From positions 100,440,001-100,504,000 of the forward strand of contig OX597822.1 of the NCBI GenBank assembly GCA_951406725.2: a stretch of DNA of 64,000 bases. The letters run 5' to 3'. A model generated the notes under the pieces. The model was not told the DNA's origin. It did no database searches and worked only from the letters and a program-made list of their open reading frames with translations. Every line of letters starts with the position of its first letter. Positions within the stretch are counted from its first letter, which is position 1. A program made the position numbers and the translations under genes. Of the stretch, positions 52,196 through 64,000 are shown piece by piece. The stretch is from Octopus vulgaris (taxonomy: Eukaryota).

Positions 52196-55100
52196 ATGTG
52201 CTCTCTTAACGAGATACCAAGCATTGACCTTTCCATGGCTCTTTGAGCCGTTATCAGTCTTTGCTCTTCTCTCTTTGTGGTAGCCCATGTTTCACTACCA
52301 TATAACATTGCAGGCAGAACTGCACTGTTAATGAGGTTGGCGCGGGTGGTCCTGTCCAACCTTCCCTTGAGCACATCCCTTATGCCATTGGACGCCTTCC
52401 ATCCGGCCCTTACTCTCCGTGAGATCTCCTTTTTGATATCCCGGCACATATTTACTTCCTGTCCCAGGTAGACATATTCTCTCACCTCCTCTATTTCATC
52501 ACTGCCGATCACCATTCGACCTGTTGGTACGTTGTCTGACCGCATGAACTTTGTTTTCATGCGGTTCATCTTGAGACCTACTGCAGAACTTTTGATGTCG
52601 AGCTCCGTCAGCATGGTCTGAAGCTGATCCAAGTTTTCAGCGATGAGTACGATGTCGTCAGCGAAACGGAGGTGAGTGAGGAGCTCGCCATTGATGTTGA
52701 CATCACCTTGCCATTCGATGCCTCTGATGATCTGTTCGAGACATGCAGTGAAAAGTTTTGGGGAGATTGTATCTCCTTGCTTCACTCCCTTCTCGACCGG
52801 CACTCGATGGGTGATGACAGTAGGGCTATGTCGGTGGTGCATCCGGAATTTACCTCTCTGAGCAGCTGCACATATTGCGCTTCGATACCTTGCCTCTGCA
52901 GCGAGTTCAGCACTGCGTTGGTTTCGACGCTATCGAAGGCCTTCTCATAATCTATAAACGCAACGCAAAGAGGCAGCTTGTACTCATTTGCTCGCTCAAG
53001 CAGTTGCGTTAGAGCAAATATATGGTCCATTGTGCTGTAGTTCTTCTGGAAGCCTGCTTGCTCCCTCGGTTGTTGTTCGTCGAGACGACGTGACAACCTG
53101 TTCAGAATTATCTTCGTGAACAGCTTGTACACGTGAGACAGCAGGCATATGGGTCGGTAGTTCTTTAGATCTTCTCTGTCGCCCTTCTTATACAGCAGGA
53201 TGGTATTTGACTCTTTCCACTGCGAGGGAATTCTTCCCTCGTCTAGATAGTGCGTAAATCGATCAGCGAGGATTTTCCAGAGCTGCTCACTGCCTGACTT
53301 TAGCACCTCCGATGTTATACCGTCTTTCCCTGGAGCCTTTCCATTTTTCATCGAGCCGATGGCTCTTTCAACCTCACTGACAAGGATAGGTGGCACGTTT
53401 TCTTCCTGTTGGAGTGGTGGTAACGGCTGGACATTTCTGGTAGACTTAAAGAGCTTGGTGTAGAAGTCTTCACAAACTTTTTCCATCTGGCTCTTCTCGT
53501 TGACCGGTATTCCATCTGTATTTTTCAGGGCCGTCACCTCCGATCTATATAGTACCATGTCCCTCTTGCATTTCTTGAGGCTCTTCTTTTCCTCTGCGGC
53601 CTTCAAGAGCTCCTCCATCCGGTATGCCTCAAAGTCTTTCTTTAGTTGCTGACGAATCACTCTGCTGAGAATGGAATATTCAAGGTGATCTTCAATAGTC
53701 CTCTTCATATTTTTCCTCTTCTCGAGTAACTTCGTAGTTTCTTCCGAGATTCTTCCCTTCTTTTCTTTTGGGCATACACCTTTAGCCTTCCTTAAACACT
53801 CCTTCAGTTTCCCTATCAGTGAGTTGTAGTCATCGTCTATGTCGTCTCCTTGGCACCAGTCTTCCTGCATGATGGCTTCCTGCAGCTTTGTCTCATTGTA
53901 GACTCGGACACGTTTTCCCTTCGACGCCAAATATAACGCCATCTTCTCCCTCTTCTCGTCGATGACGACCCTCGCCCTTACCAGACGATGATCACTGCCG
54001 GTGTTGAATGGCGTCACGACGGAGACGTCATGCAATATGCGTCGCTTATCAACCAGGATGTAGTCGATCTCGCTTCTGTGCCTAGAGTTTGGCGATATCC
54101 AAGTCCATCTCTTCCTCTCCCTCTTCCTGAATAGGCTGTTTCCGATGTAGAGCTGCCTCGCCTCTGCCATGGTAGCCAAACGTTCTCCTCTCTCGTTTCT
54201 CTCTCCCATGCCAAATCTCCCGACGTACTCCTCTCCTTGTCGTCCATGTCCAACCTTTGCGTTGAAGTCTCCCATTACGACAGTGTAAGTGGACTTCATA
54301 GCCAACTCTTTGTCTAGTTGTCGATAGAATTCTTCCACCTCGTCGTCGTCGCTGGCACTTGTGGGAGCATAGGTCTGGACAATCTTGAGGGTGGCCTTCC
54401 CTGAGAGGTTCACATTTAGTACACCAATCCGTGATGATATGAAGTGGCAAGAAGCGACCCTCGAAGCCCATTCCTTACTTACGATGAATCCGATACCTCC
54501 GACCGATCTAACACCTTCTGCTCTTCCTAATCTCACAATGTATCCATCTTGCCATCGTATACTCGCTTCCTTCTTCCAACGTGTCTCGCACAGCCCTAAC
54601 ACGTCGCACCTGATCTTCTTCCTCTCCTCCATTAGGTGCTTCAGTTCTTGCCACCCTGCCATAGACCTGCAGTTGTAGGGGCATATGGCAAGTTTAGTCC
54701 TGTTCCATGACGGCTTTCGGGAACCTGTGATCCTTAGCAGCCTCTCGCCGCTCGAGTTGCACTACGCCGTCATGGAGTGGCCCGATTGACGTGCAGGGTA
54801 CTGAGGCCCTTTTCCTTTTCTCTTCGTTCTTCGTGCTGTTTTAGCCATAAGATGACGCCATCTCACTGGCTGGGCGGGCAGGCCGGTATTTTGTTAGATG
54901 GCTGTTGACTCTTCAGGAGTTCATCCGCCCTTTGTTGGGTCTTATTTTTCCATCCCACAGGGAGTCCAACAGCACCCTCCTCACCAAGCGAACCTGGTGG
55001 GGTTGTCAGTTTAGTCGCCGACGTCCCGATAGTAACATCATCAGAAAGAAGTCCGGCGTGAGAAATGTCATCGCAGAGTATACACGCAGCAAGTATAGAT

Positions 55101-55338
55101 GGGCTGGACACGTCGCCCGGCTCACCGATAATCGGTGGACGCACGCAGTTGCCGAGTGGTACCCGCGTGAGCGGAAAAGACCACCCGGAAGACCTCCACG
55201 ACGGTAGAGTGACGATTTCAAGAGGACGATTGGGATCACGTGGATGAGAAAGGCGCGATCCAGAGAGAAGTGGACAGCGTGCTGTGACCAGCGGTGTCAA
55301 ATGGACGCCTGACGGACTGGTCGGTCAAAGTGATCAAA

Positions 55339-55342
<4 letters not shown>
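52196..55342. mobile_element. Near full-length RTE-clade LINE with its 5' 2.8 kb inverted, inserted in (TA)n
   Basis: Minus strand: 5'UTR, APE (LGLCETRW, YAPTS, GDFNAK, IDYIL, SDHR) and RT (FIDYEKAFD, GVKQGD, FADD) up to SLREHI. Plus strand 55031-55342 continues SNIIRKKSG...WAGHVAR to tail (TCAAAGTGA)2. Confidence 0.95.
52782..54662 (-). CDS. RTE ORF (APE + RT N-terminal part), frameshifted near 52810
   Basis: 626-aa ORF with the motifs above. Confidence 0.85.
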   Translation of the reverse strand: MAGWQELKHLMEERKKIRCDVLGLCETRWKKEASIRWQDGYIVRLGRAEGVRSVGGIGFIVSKEWASRVASCHFISSRIGVLNVNLSGKATLKIVQTYAPTSASDDDEVEEFYRQLDKELAMKSTYTVVMGDFNAKVGHGRQGEEYVGRFGMGERNERGERLATMAEARQLYIGNSLFRKRERKRWTWISPNSRHRSEIDYILVDKRRILHDVSVVTPFNTGSDHRLVRARVVIDEKREKMALYLASKGKRVRVYNETKLQEAIMQEDWCQGDDIDDDYNSLIGKLKECLRKAKGVCPKEKKGRISEETTKLLEKRKNMKRTIEDHLEYSILSRVIRQQLKKDFEAYRMEELLKAAEEKKSLKKCKRDMVLYRSEVTALKNTDGIPVNEKSQMEKVCEDFYTKLFKSTRNVQPLPPLQQEENVPPILVSEVERAIGSMKNGKAPGKDGITSEVLKSGSEQLWKILADRFTHYLDEGRIPSQWKESNTILLYKKGDREDLKNYRPICLLSHVYKLFTKIILNRLSRRLDEQQPREQAGFQKNYSTMDHIFALTQLLERANEYKLPLCVAFIDYEKAFDSVETNAVLNSLQRQGIEAQYVQLLREVNSGCTTDIALLSSPIECRSRRE

Positions 55343-55408
<66 letters not shown>

Positions 55409-55411
<3 letters not shown>

Positions 55412-55650
55412 GAGTTGGACAAAATGGAAACACCTAGCATCATAGCATCGTAATTTTGAAATATCTATAAAACCGTCAAAAGCTTGTTTATTTTTATGTT
55501 TCTTGATTTATTTTAGTGTTGCTGAATATGTTTTGCTAAAATTGATGTTTCTGTTCAGATATCATTGGAAAGAGGTAACTAAAATTCATTCAAATGACAG
55601 ATCTATCGGACTTCTAAAGAGGTTAAATTGTTGGTGCACGTATGGCAGTG
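55409..55650 (+). mobile_element. Tc1-like 5' fragment
   Basis: TA-CAGGAGTTGGACAAAATGGAAAC end; MTDLSDF*RG*IVGARMA. Confidence 0.75.
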
Positions 55651-55669
55651 AGGCAAAATAATTAGCTAA

Positions 55670-55722
<53 letters not shown>

Positions 55723-56012
55723 ATACATGCATACATACACATATATATATATATATATATGTGTATGTGTATGTATATATTTTATAAGTGTGTGTGCATG
55801 TGTTTGTTTCCCCGCCATCATTTCATAACCGATGCTGGTGTGTTTATGTCCCCGTAACTTCATTGTTCGGCAATAGAGACCGATAGAATAAGTACTAAGG
55901 TTTACAAAGAATATGTCCTGGAGTCGATTTCTTTGACTAAAACCCTTGAAGGCGGTGCTCTTCATGGCCACAGTCAAATGACTGAATAAAAAAAAAGAAA
56001 AATATATATATA

Positions 56013-56043
<31 letters not shown>

Positions 56044-56396
56044 TGTATGTATGTATGTATGTATGTATGTATGTATGTATGCATGTATGTATGTTTGTAT
56101 GTATGTATGTATGTATTTATAGTAGAATAAGATATAGAAGTCCTTGGTACAGTATTATATATTTGAGAAAAATGAACAGAAATGGCTTTCTGATAATTTT
56201 TCCAATTTAAACATCAAATTATTGAAGTGGAAAATTTATCAGAAAAGCCATTTCTATTCACTTTTTCAAATATATATGTGCGTGTGCGTACGAGAGAGTG
56301 TGTGTGTGTGTGTGTGCCTATTCATATATATAGATATATTTATAATATATACACACATATATACGTGCATGTATATATAAATATATACATACGTAT

Positions 56397-56432
<36 letters not shown>

Positions 56433-56640
56433 GTATGTATATATATGTATATATATATATATGTATATATATATGTATATATATAACTGAAACAAAAACG
56501 CAATGCAGGGCATTAAAACGTTCGGACAGATAGACGATACAAAAGTGGGCAAGAGAAGTAACAATTAGAAGGATAGGAAAAAAAGACGGGTCGTTCTTGG
56601 CTTTCTTTCATCAGTCAAGTTCCAGAAGTCACGACCATTT

Positions 56641-56715
<75 letters not shown>

Positions 56716-58175
56716 GAGAGTTTACAAAAAAACAAACAAACAAAAGACGAAGACAGGTGGTGTACAAAACAAACAGATGTATTAGTATAACTCTCAGGAA
56801 TAGAAAAAGTCTTTTACGTTTCGAGCCTACGCTCTTATACTGAAAGGGACACAGAAAAAACAAGGAGAGAAACAAGGAGAGAAAAAAAGGAGAGAAAAAA
56901 AGGAGAGAAAAAAAGGAGTGAAAAAAAGGAGAGAAAAAATATATATAAAAGTAATCATTTAAGTATTGGGTATGCATCTAGTTGTTAACCGGTGAAGTAC
57001 GTTCGCGGCCAAAGTATTTTTACAATTATCGCTGGATCTACCCCAGGAATTCCTGAATCTGCCCAGGAATTCCTTACAAACAAGAGAGTTAGAATAGAGC
57101 AAACACATTTTATTTATCATACTTCAATTTAAGTCCCCTTTCCCAGCAGACACTTACAGAAGAATTATTATATAATATATTAAATATATTAAATATATTA
57201 AATATATTAAATATATTACATGGCATCAGTATTATTTCAGCAACATTGGTAAGTGAAAACGTCTCAAATATGAGCGCAATGTGCTTGCTAAATCAAGCCA
57301 TACTCCACAGAATACATACTACTTTCCTTTATTGCATTTCTGATGTTCGAAATATTAAATATGTCATGTGGATGGCATTTCAGATTCATTTTTAATATCA
57401 TTATATCCGAATGTTCAGTTCACTAATCAAGATTTCAATTATAGCTCTATTAATTAATGCAGCTGTTTGGATTCTACTCTAATTCATTACATTTTCAATT
57501 CTTAAGGCAAATTACTAAATTGCTATCCAAACTGGTTTTCATTTCGTTTTCATAAATTTGCGTAGTCAATTGTTCAATTGGTTGGTCTGTTTCTGTTATA
57601 TTAAATGAAAATATTTGAATCATCATAAACAGTAACAAGCTTCATCGTAATTGTCAGAAAACAAACCACGCCGATACTTATTAATTTTAGTTGCACCATG
57701 TGTTCATGTCGCCAGTTACCATTGTTATTGTTATTTATCCCCGGGTCTGTTCTCACCCAGCACACCAGACAAAATGTTTAGCAGCTTTTCGTTCAAATTC
57801 CCTTTCATCCTTTCGGGGTTGATGTACTGGGATCGGTGTAATAGACTTCCCTTCCCCTCAAACACAACTCACCAAAATTTGAAGCCATTATTCGACATCT
57901 GGAGTTATTGTTACATAACCCCAGGTCACACCTGATTGAGCAATCCTGTAATCCAAACCACCCCAGGTTTAGCATTTTTGAAGATAGAACTCTATTACAT
58001 CGGCGCTGCAACTCTTAGAACAACATTATGTAAAGCGTTCGTTCTTGTTTACGACAGTGGTGTTTGAATTGAGGCAGATTTTGCTGCTGTTTCCAGCAGG
58101 TCGATCGACCATATAATGTCTCTCCGTTGCTGCTGCTGCTGCTGCTATTATCTTTGCTGTAGCTGTTGATATTCT

Positions 58176-58561
58176 GTGGAGGCGCAATGGCCCAATGGTT
58201 AGGGCAGCGGACCCGCGGTCATAGGATCGCGGTTTCGATTCTCAGACCGGGCGTTGTGAGTGTTTATTGAGCGAAAACACCTAAAGCTCCACGAGGCTCC
58301 GGCAGGGGATGGTGGTGATCCCTGCTGTACTCTTTCACCACAACTTTCTCTCACTCTTACTTCCTGTTTCTGTTGTACCTGTATTTCAAAGGGCCGGCTT
58401 TGTCACTCTCTGTGTCACGCTGAATATCCCCGAGAACTACGTTAAGGGTACACGTGTCTGTGGAGTGCTCAGCCACTTACACGTTAATTTCACGAGCAGG
58501 CAGTTCCGTTGATTCGGATCAACCGGAACCCTCGTTGTCGTAACCGACGGAGTGCTTCCAA
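58176..58561 (+). mobile_element. Full-length SINE family 2
   Basis: 16-bp TSD TAGCTGTTGATATTCT. Confidence 0.92.
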
Positions 58562-59190
58562 TAGCTGTTGATATTCTAATTACAATTGTTACGAACGAAG
58601 GCGATGAACTGGAAGAATCGTTCATGCATCAGAAAACCCGCATTACGGTATTTATTCCGGTTCTTTACGCCCGGAATTCAAATCTCACCGAGATCAACAT
58701 CCTTTCTGGGTTGATAAAGATTTAGTCAAATTCTGGGGTCAATGTTATTGACTATGCTCCTCCTCCTCCTCTAAAACTGTTGGTCTTGTGCCAAAATTTG
58801 AAACCGTCAAGGCGGGGAACGGGTTAAAATTGTTATCGCATTTCGTTCGTCTTTACCTTCTGAGTTCAAATTTCCCCGAAGTCGACTTTACCTTTCGTTA
58901 TTTCGAAGTCGATAAAATAAGTAGCAGTTGAGTACTGGGATCGATGTAATCTGCTTATCTCCTCCCCTAAAATTACGGGCCTTGTGCCAAAATTCGAAAT
59001 CATTATTATTGTTACATACGAAGGAGATGAGCTGGTGAAGTCGGTAGAGCGCCGGAAATCGTAATTTACTCTATTCTGCCCGGTTCTTTTATGTTCTGGG
59101 TTCAAAATCTTACCGAGGTCAACTTTGTCTTTTATCCTTTCGGGATTGATAAAATAAAGTATCAATCAAATACTGACATCGATGGTATTA

Positions 59191-60461
59191 TTAGGTTATC
59201 ACGAATGAAATTTGTAGTAAGGTATATGGTAAAATTTGACAGCTGCTTATTTTGCGCCATTATTACATTTTGACAATCTTCGTTTTTTGTTAGAAAGCTG
59301 ACACATCTATTTCTTTATTCTAACTCATTTTGGACTTTACAAAGTATTTATAAATCATTTTTGGCTATTTTTGTTTCGAGATGGATAAATCGGAAATTCA
59401 TACAGTTTTGAAATATGAGTTCTTTCTTGGAAATACAGCAACACAGACAGCTCGGAATATTAATGGAGTATTTCATTCTAATATTATTACACAGCAGACA
59501 ATATCAAATCGGTTTGCAAAATTTTTTCTGCTAACTTTGACTTCACAAATGAGCAACGCGATCGACCAGAAACAAAAGTGGATAATGACGAACTGAAAGC
59601 CACCGTCGAGTCAGATCCATCTCAAAGTGTCCGTGAATTATCGTTGTTGTTTGGTGTTAGCAAGTAAACAATATTGACTCACCTAGTTCAAATTGGTAAA
59701 GTGAAAAAGTCGGATAAGTGGGTTCCACAGGAACTCAATGAAAATCAGAAACAGCAACGTTTGGAAGCCTGCATTATGCTACTTTCTCATCGCAAAAATG
59801 AATCATTTTTGGATCGAATTGTAACATGTGATGAGAAATGGATCCAATACAACAACAGTAAACGTTCAGCACAATGGTTGGATAAAGACGAGCCTCCAAA
59901 ACAGAGTCCAAAAAACAAAATTCATCAATAGAAGCTGATGGTGTGTATTAGGTGGTGTGGTGCAGGTGTGATCCATAATGATTTCATTAAACCTGGCTCA
60001 TCAATCATGGCCGAAGTATACTGCAGCCAATATGACTAAATGATGCAGAAACTTACAAAAAAAAAGCAGCCTAGTTTAATCAACAGAGCCAATCCTATTT
60101 TATTGCAAGGCAACGCCAGACCGCACATTGCAAAAATGACATTGGCGAAACTACAGGAGTTGGAGTTGGAAGTTCTCCATCATCCACCATACTCACCTGA
60201 TCTTGCCCTCACTGACTACGACTTCTTCCAGAATTTGGATAACTTTTTGATAGGAAAAAAAATTAATTCCAACGATGTTGTAAAACAGGCCTTCCAAGAT
60301 TTTATTGACTCTAGATTGCCAGGCTTTTACAGTTCCGGGCAGGACAAGCTACCGCTGAAATGGCAAAAGTGTATTGACAATATGGGTGCATACTTTGATG
60401 AATAAAACTATTCCTTGTATTGAAATTTTTTTCTCTACAAATTTCATAGTTGACGACCTAA
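59191..60461 (+). mobile_element. Full-length mariner (DD34D) transposon, inactivated, inserted in a SINE
   Basis: TIRs TTAGGTT.TCA..ATGAAATTTGTAG; TA on both sides; WVPQEL, IVTCDEKW, NARPH, HPPYSPDL; stops and frameshifts. Confidence 0.95.
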
Positions 60462-60673
60462 TATTTCATTCGCTCTTCTTAAAAATTGCTGGCCTTGTAC
60501 CTACATTTAAAAAGAAACATTATTGCAACATGCACTGCTATTTCTTTCTACTATACGTGGTGCATCCGGTGTTTTGGTTGCTAGTCTGTTAATCATTTTA
60601 TTCATGATGCAGTAAAGTTTCCGATCAAGCTAAAAAGGAAAAAAAAATCTCCTAGTTATTTACAGCGCGTACA

Positions 60674-60775
<102 letters not shown>

Positions 60776-61389
60776 TAGAATATAATTAAATTAAACTTAG
60801 ACAATCAAGGCGATGTGTGATTATTTTTGTTGTCATCTTCTTCGACCAGAAATATTTCCATGAAATCTCATTGCTTTTGGCGATCATGTATTTATTATGC
60901 AGCGAGGAGGAAGAATTTCTATAATTAGCCATTTTATTTATTCCATTGCGATTTTCTTCTAGGTATCCATTATTGGCACCGATTTACAATTCAACTCGGA
61001 AATGTTTATTTGCACGTACACTCATACAACGTTACACATATACACGCGTAAGCATACACACATTTACATACATGAGAAGGCGCGCGCATACATACATACA
61101 CACGCGCTCACTCACGCAGGTGTAAGTATTTCTGAAACAGCCTTCTCTCAAACATAATTAATATTATCAACACATGACTTGTTATAGACGCCGTTAAAGA
61201 GCTTAAAGCAGAGATTTCCTGATGAGTCAACATAGGAAATACAAATACACTCACTTGTTCATAACAACATTTTCACCAAGTTTGGTCGCCATTTTACAAT
61301 CCATTCGCCAATTTTTTCCCCGCATGAGTTCACATGCATCATACAAGTTGTGTATCTTCTATTTAATTCTTGTGTAAGACATGTTGATA

Positions 61390-61783
61390 TCTTTATATAT
61401 AAAAGTCAAGTTGTGTGTCTGTCTCCTACGATTTAGATTCCTAACTACTCCCACATTTTGCGGTGCAGTTTAACCAAAACCGGGTATCTTATAGTCGTGA
61501 TTCATATCGAGCCCTTCTGGGTATTAGCGCGCGTCTACGATGAGTCTACGATTTTAAAAAAAATTTACCTTTTTTTCCATTTTAATGCATTTTTTCGCTA
61601 TTATATAAGGGAAGTAACTCTCTAAAAATGTCTACGATGAGTCAACGATTTAAAAAAAAATTTACTATAATTTTTTTTCCATTTTTGATGCATTTTTTTG
61701 CTATTTTTTTGCTATAACTCTCTAAAAATGCTTATATAGTTATTTCCCTTACAAACCCGAGCAACGCCGGGCGATACTGCTAG
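61390..61783 (+). mobile_element. Complete non-autonomous Helitron
   Basis: A|TC start, CCCGAGCAACGCCGGG hairpin, CTAG|T end. Confidence 0.85.
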
Positions 61784-61799
61784 TTAGATATAAAATAGG

Positions 61800-62108
61800 T
61801 ACTCCGTCGGTTACGATGACAGGTGTTTCAGATAATCCAATCAACGGAACAGCCTGCTCGTGAAATTAACTTCTATGTGGTTGAGTGCTCCAGAGACACG
61901 CGTTCCTTAACGTAGTTTTGAAGGAGATTCAGCAAGACATAGAATGTGACAGGCTGGTCGTTTGAAATACAGGTACTACCCACGTTTGTCAGCCGAGTGG
62001 ACTGGGGCAACATGTAATAAAGTGTCTTGCTCAAGGACACCACGCGCCCCCAGGAATCACGCCCTTACGATCGTCAGCCGAATACCCTAACTACTAAGCC
62101 ACGCGCCT
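61800..62108 (-). mobile_element. Diverged tRNA-derived SINE
   Basis: Shares the family 2 tail and the TTGAGCAAGACACT domain. Confidence 0.75.
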
Positions 62109-62117
62109 TTAGATATA

Positions 62118-62267
62118 TAGGCATGACTGTGTCGGTAAGAAGTTCGCTTCGCAACCATGTAGTTTCGCGTTCAGTTCCACTTCGCAGTAGCTTAGAAAAG
62201 TGTGTTCTTCTATAGTCTCTACTCGATCAATTGCGAGTGAATTTGGTTGACAGAAACTCTATGAATG

Positions 62268-62301
<34 letters not shown>

Positions 62302-62734
62302 TGTATGTATGTATGTATGTATGTATGTATGTATGTATGTATGTATGTATGTATGTATATGTATGATGTGTATGAGTGTGTGTGTATGTATGTATGTATG
62401 TATGTATGTATGTATGTATGTATGTATGTATGTATGTATGTTTGTATGTATGTGTATGAGTGTGTGTGTATGTATATGTATGTATGTTTGTATGTATGTA
62501 TGTATGTATGTATGTGTATGTACGTACGTACGTATGTATGCATGCATGTATGTATGTATGTATGTATGTATATGTATGTTTGTATGTGTATGAGTGTGTG
62601 TGTATGTATATGTATGTATGTATGTATGTATGTATGAATGTATGTATGTATGTATGTATGTATGTATGTATGCGTGTGTGTGTGTGTGTATGTATGTATA
62701 TGTTTGTATGTATGTGTATGAGTGTGTGTGTATG

Positions 62735-62766
<32 letters not shown>

Positions 62767-62858
62767 TGTATGTATGTATGTATGTATGTATGTATGTATG
62801 TATGTATGTATGTATGTATGTATATGTATGTTTGTATGTGTATGAGTGTGTGTGTATG

Positions 62859-62890
<32 letters not shown>

Positions 62891-62912
62891 TGTATGTATG
62901 TATGTATGTATG

Positions 62913-62944
<32 letters not shown>

Positions 62945-63290
62945 TGTATGTATGTATGTATGTATGTATGTATGTATGTATGTATGTATGTATGTATGTA
63001 TGTATGTATGTATGTATGTATGTATGTATGTATGTATGTATGTTTGTATGTATGTATGTATGTATGTATGTATGTATGTATGTATGTATGTATGTATGTA
63101 TGTATGTATGTATGTATGCATGTATGTATGTATGTATGTATGTATGTATGTATGTATGTATGTATGTATGTATGTATGTGCGTATGTATGTATGTGTGTA
63201 TGTATGTATGTATGTATGTGTGTGTGTATGTATGTATGTATGTATGTATATGTTTGTATGTATGTGTATGAGTGTGTGTGTATGTATATG

Positions 63291-63322
<32 letters not shown>

Positions 63323-63526
63323 TGTATGTATGTATGTACGTATGTATGTATGTACGTATATATGTACGTATGTATGTACGTATGTATGTATGTATGTATG
63401 TATGTGCGTATGTATGTATGTATGTATGTATGTATGCATGTGCGTATGTGTGTATGTATGTATGTATGTATATATGTATGTATGTATATGTATGTATGTA
63501 TGTGTATGTATGTGTGTGTGTGTATG

Positions 63527-63558
<32 letters not shown>

Positions 63559-63598
63559 TGTGTGTGTATGTATGTATGTATGTATGTATGTATGTATG

Positions 63599-63632
<34 letters not shown>

Positions 63633-64000
63633 TGTATGTATGTATGTATGTATGTATGTATGTATGTATGTATGTATGTATGTATGTATGTATGTATGTA
63701 TGTATGTATGTATGTATGTATGTATGTATGTATGTATGTATGTATGTATGTGCGTATGTATGTATGTATGTATGTATGTATGTATGTATGTATGTATGTA
63801 TGCATGTGCGTATGTGTGTATGTATGTATGTATGTATGTATGTATGTATGTATGTATGTATGTATGTATGTGTGTGTGTATGTGTGTGTGTATCTATATA
63901 TGCATATGTATCATTGTATGTATATGCGTGACTGTGTGTCTTTGTATTCGTCTTCCGATCGCTTGACAATCGGTATTAGTTTGTTTACGCCCCCCGCTAC
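62118..64000 (+). mobile_element. SINE family 1 with its internal (TATG)n expanded to ~1.6 kb
   Basis: Head 62118-62260, microsatellite 62265-63890, SINE body resumes ~63930 (CGCTTGACAATCGG). Confidence 0.8.

Noticed and set aside
62219-63969. 400-580 aa ORFs (HTYI/MYVC repeats) and similar ORFs at 7210, 33120 and 37537
   Set aside because: Stop-free translations of microsatellites.

Overview
AT-rich, repeat-dominated eukaryotic non-coding DNA. The SINE families and very high microsatellite load suggest an octopus genome (my inference from recognition, not a database result). I found no convincing host protein-coding exon; nearly all ORF-track entries are microsatellite or antisense artefacts. 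Real coding remnants all belong to mobile elements: a young CR1-group LINE, two Dong/R4 LINEs in (TAA)n, two RTE insertions, Tc1 and mariner elements, hAT (Charlie- and Tip100-like), Sola2-like and Helitron fragments, plus many tRNA-derived SINEs. Unexplained structure of most interest: (1) a family of 8 paralogous non-coding modules (A/B/C), including an inverted A-B-C cassette, with a retained E-box and a conserved ~22-bp stem; (2) several Penelope-type minimal hammerhead ribozyme motifs, one inside a tRNA-headed composite element; (3) repeated twin-priming or template-jump insertions of non-L1 retroelements, and unusually long target-site duplications. All alignments and folds were done by eye.
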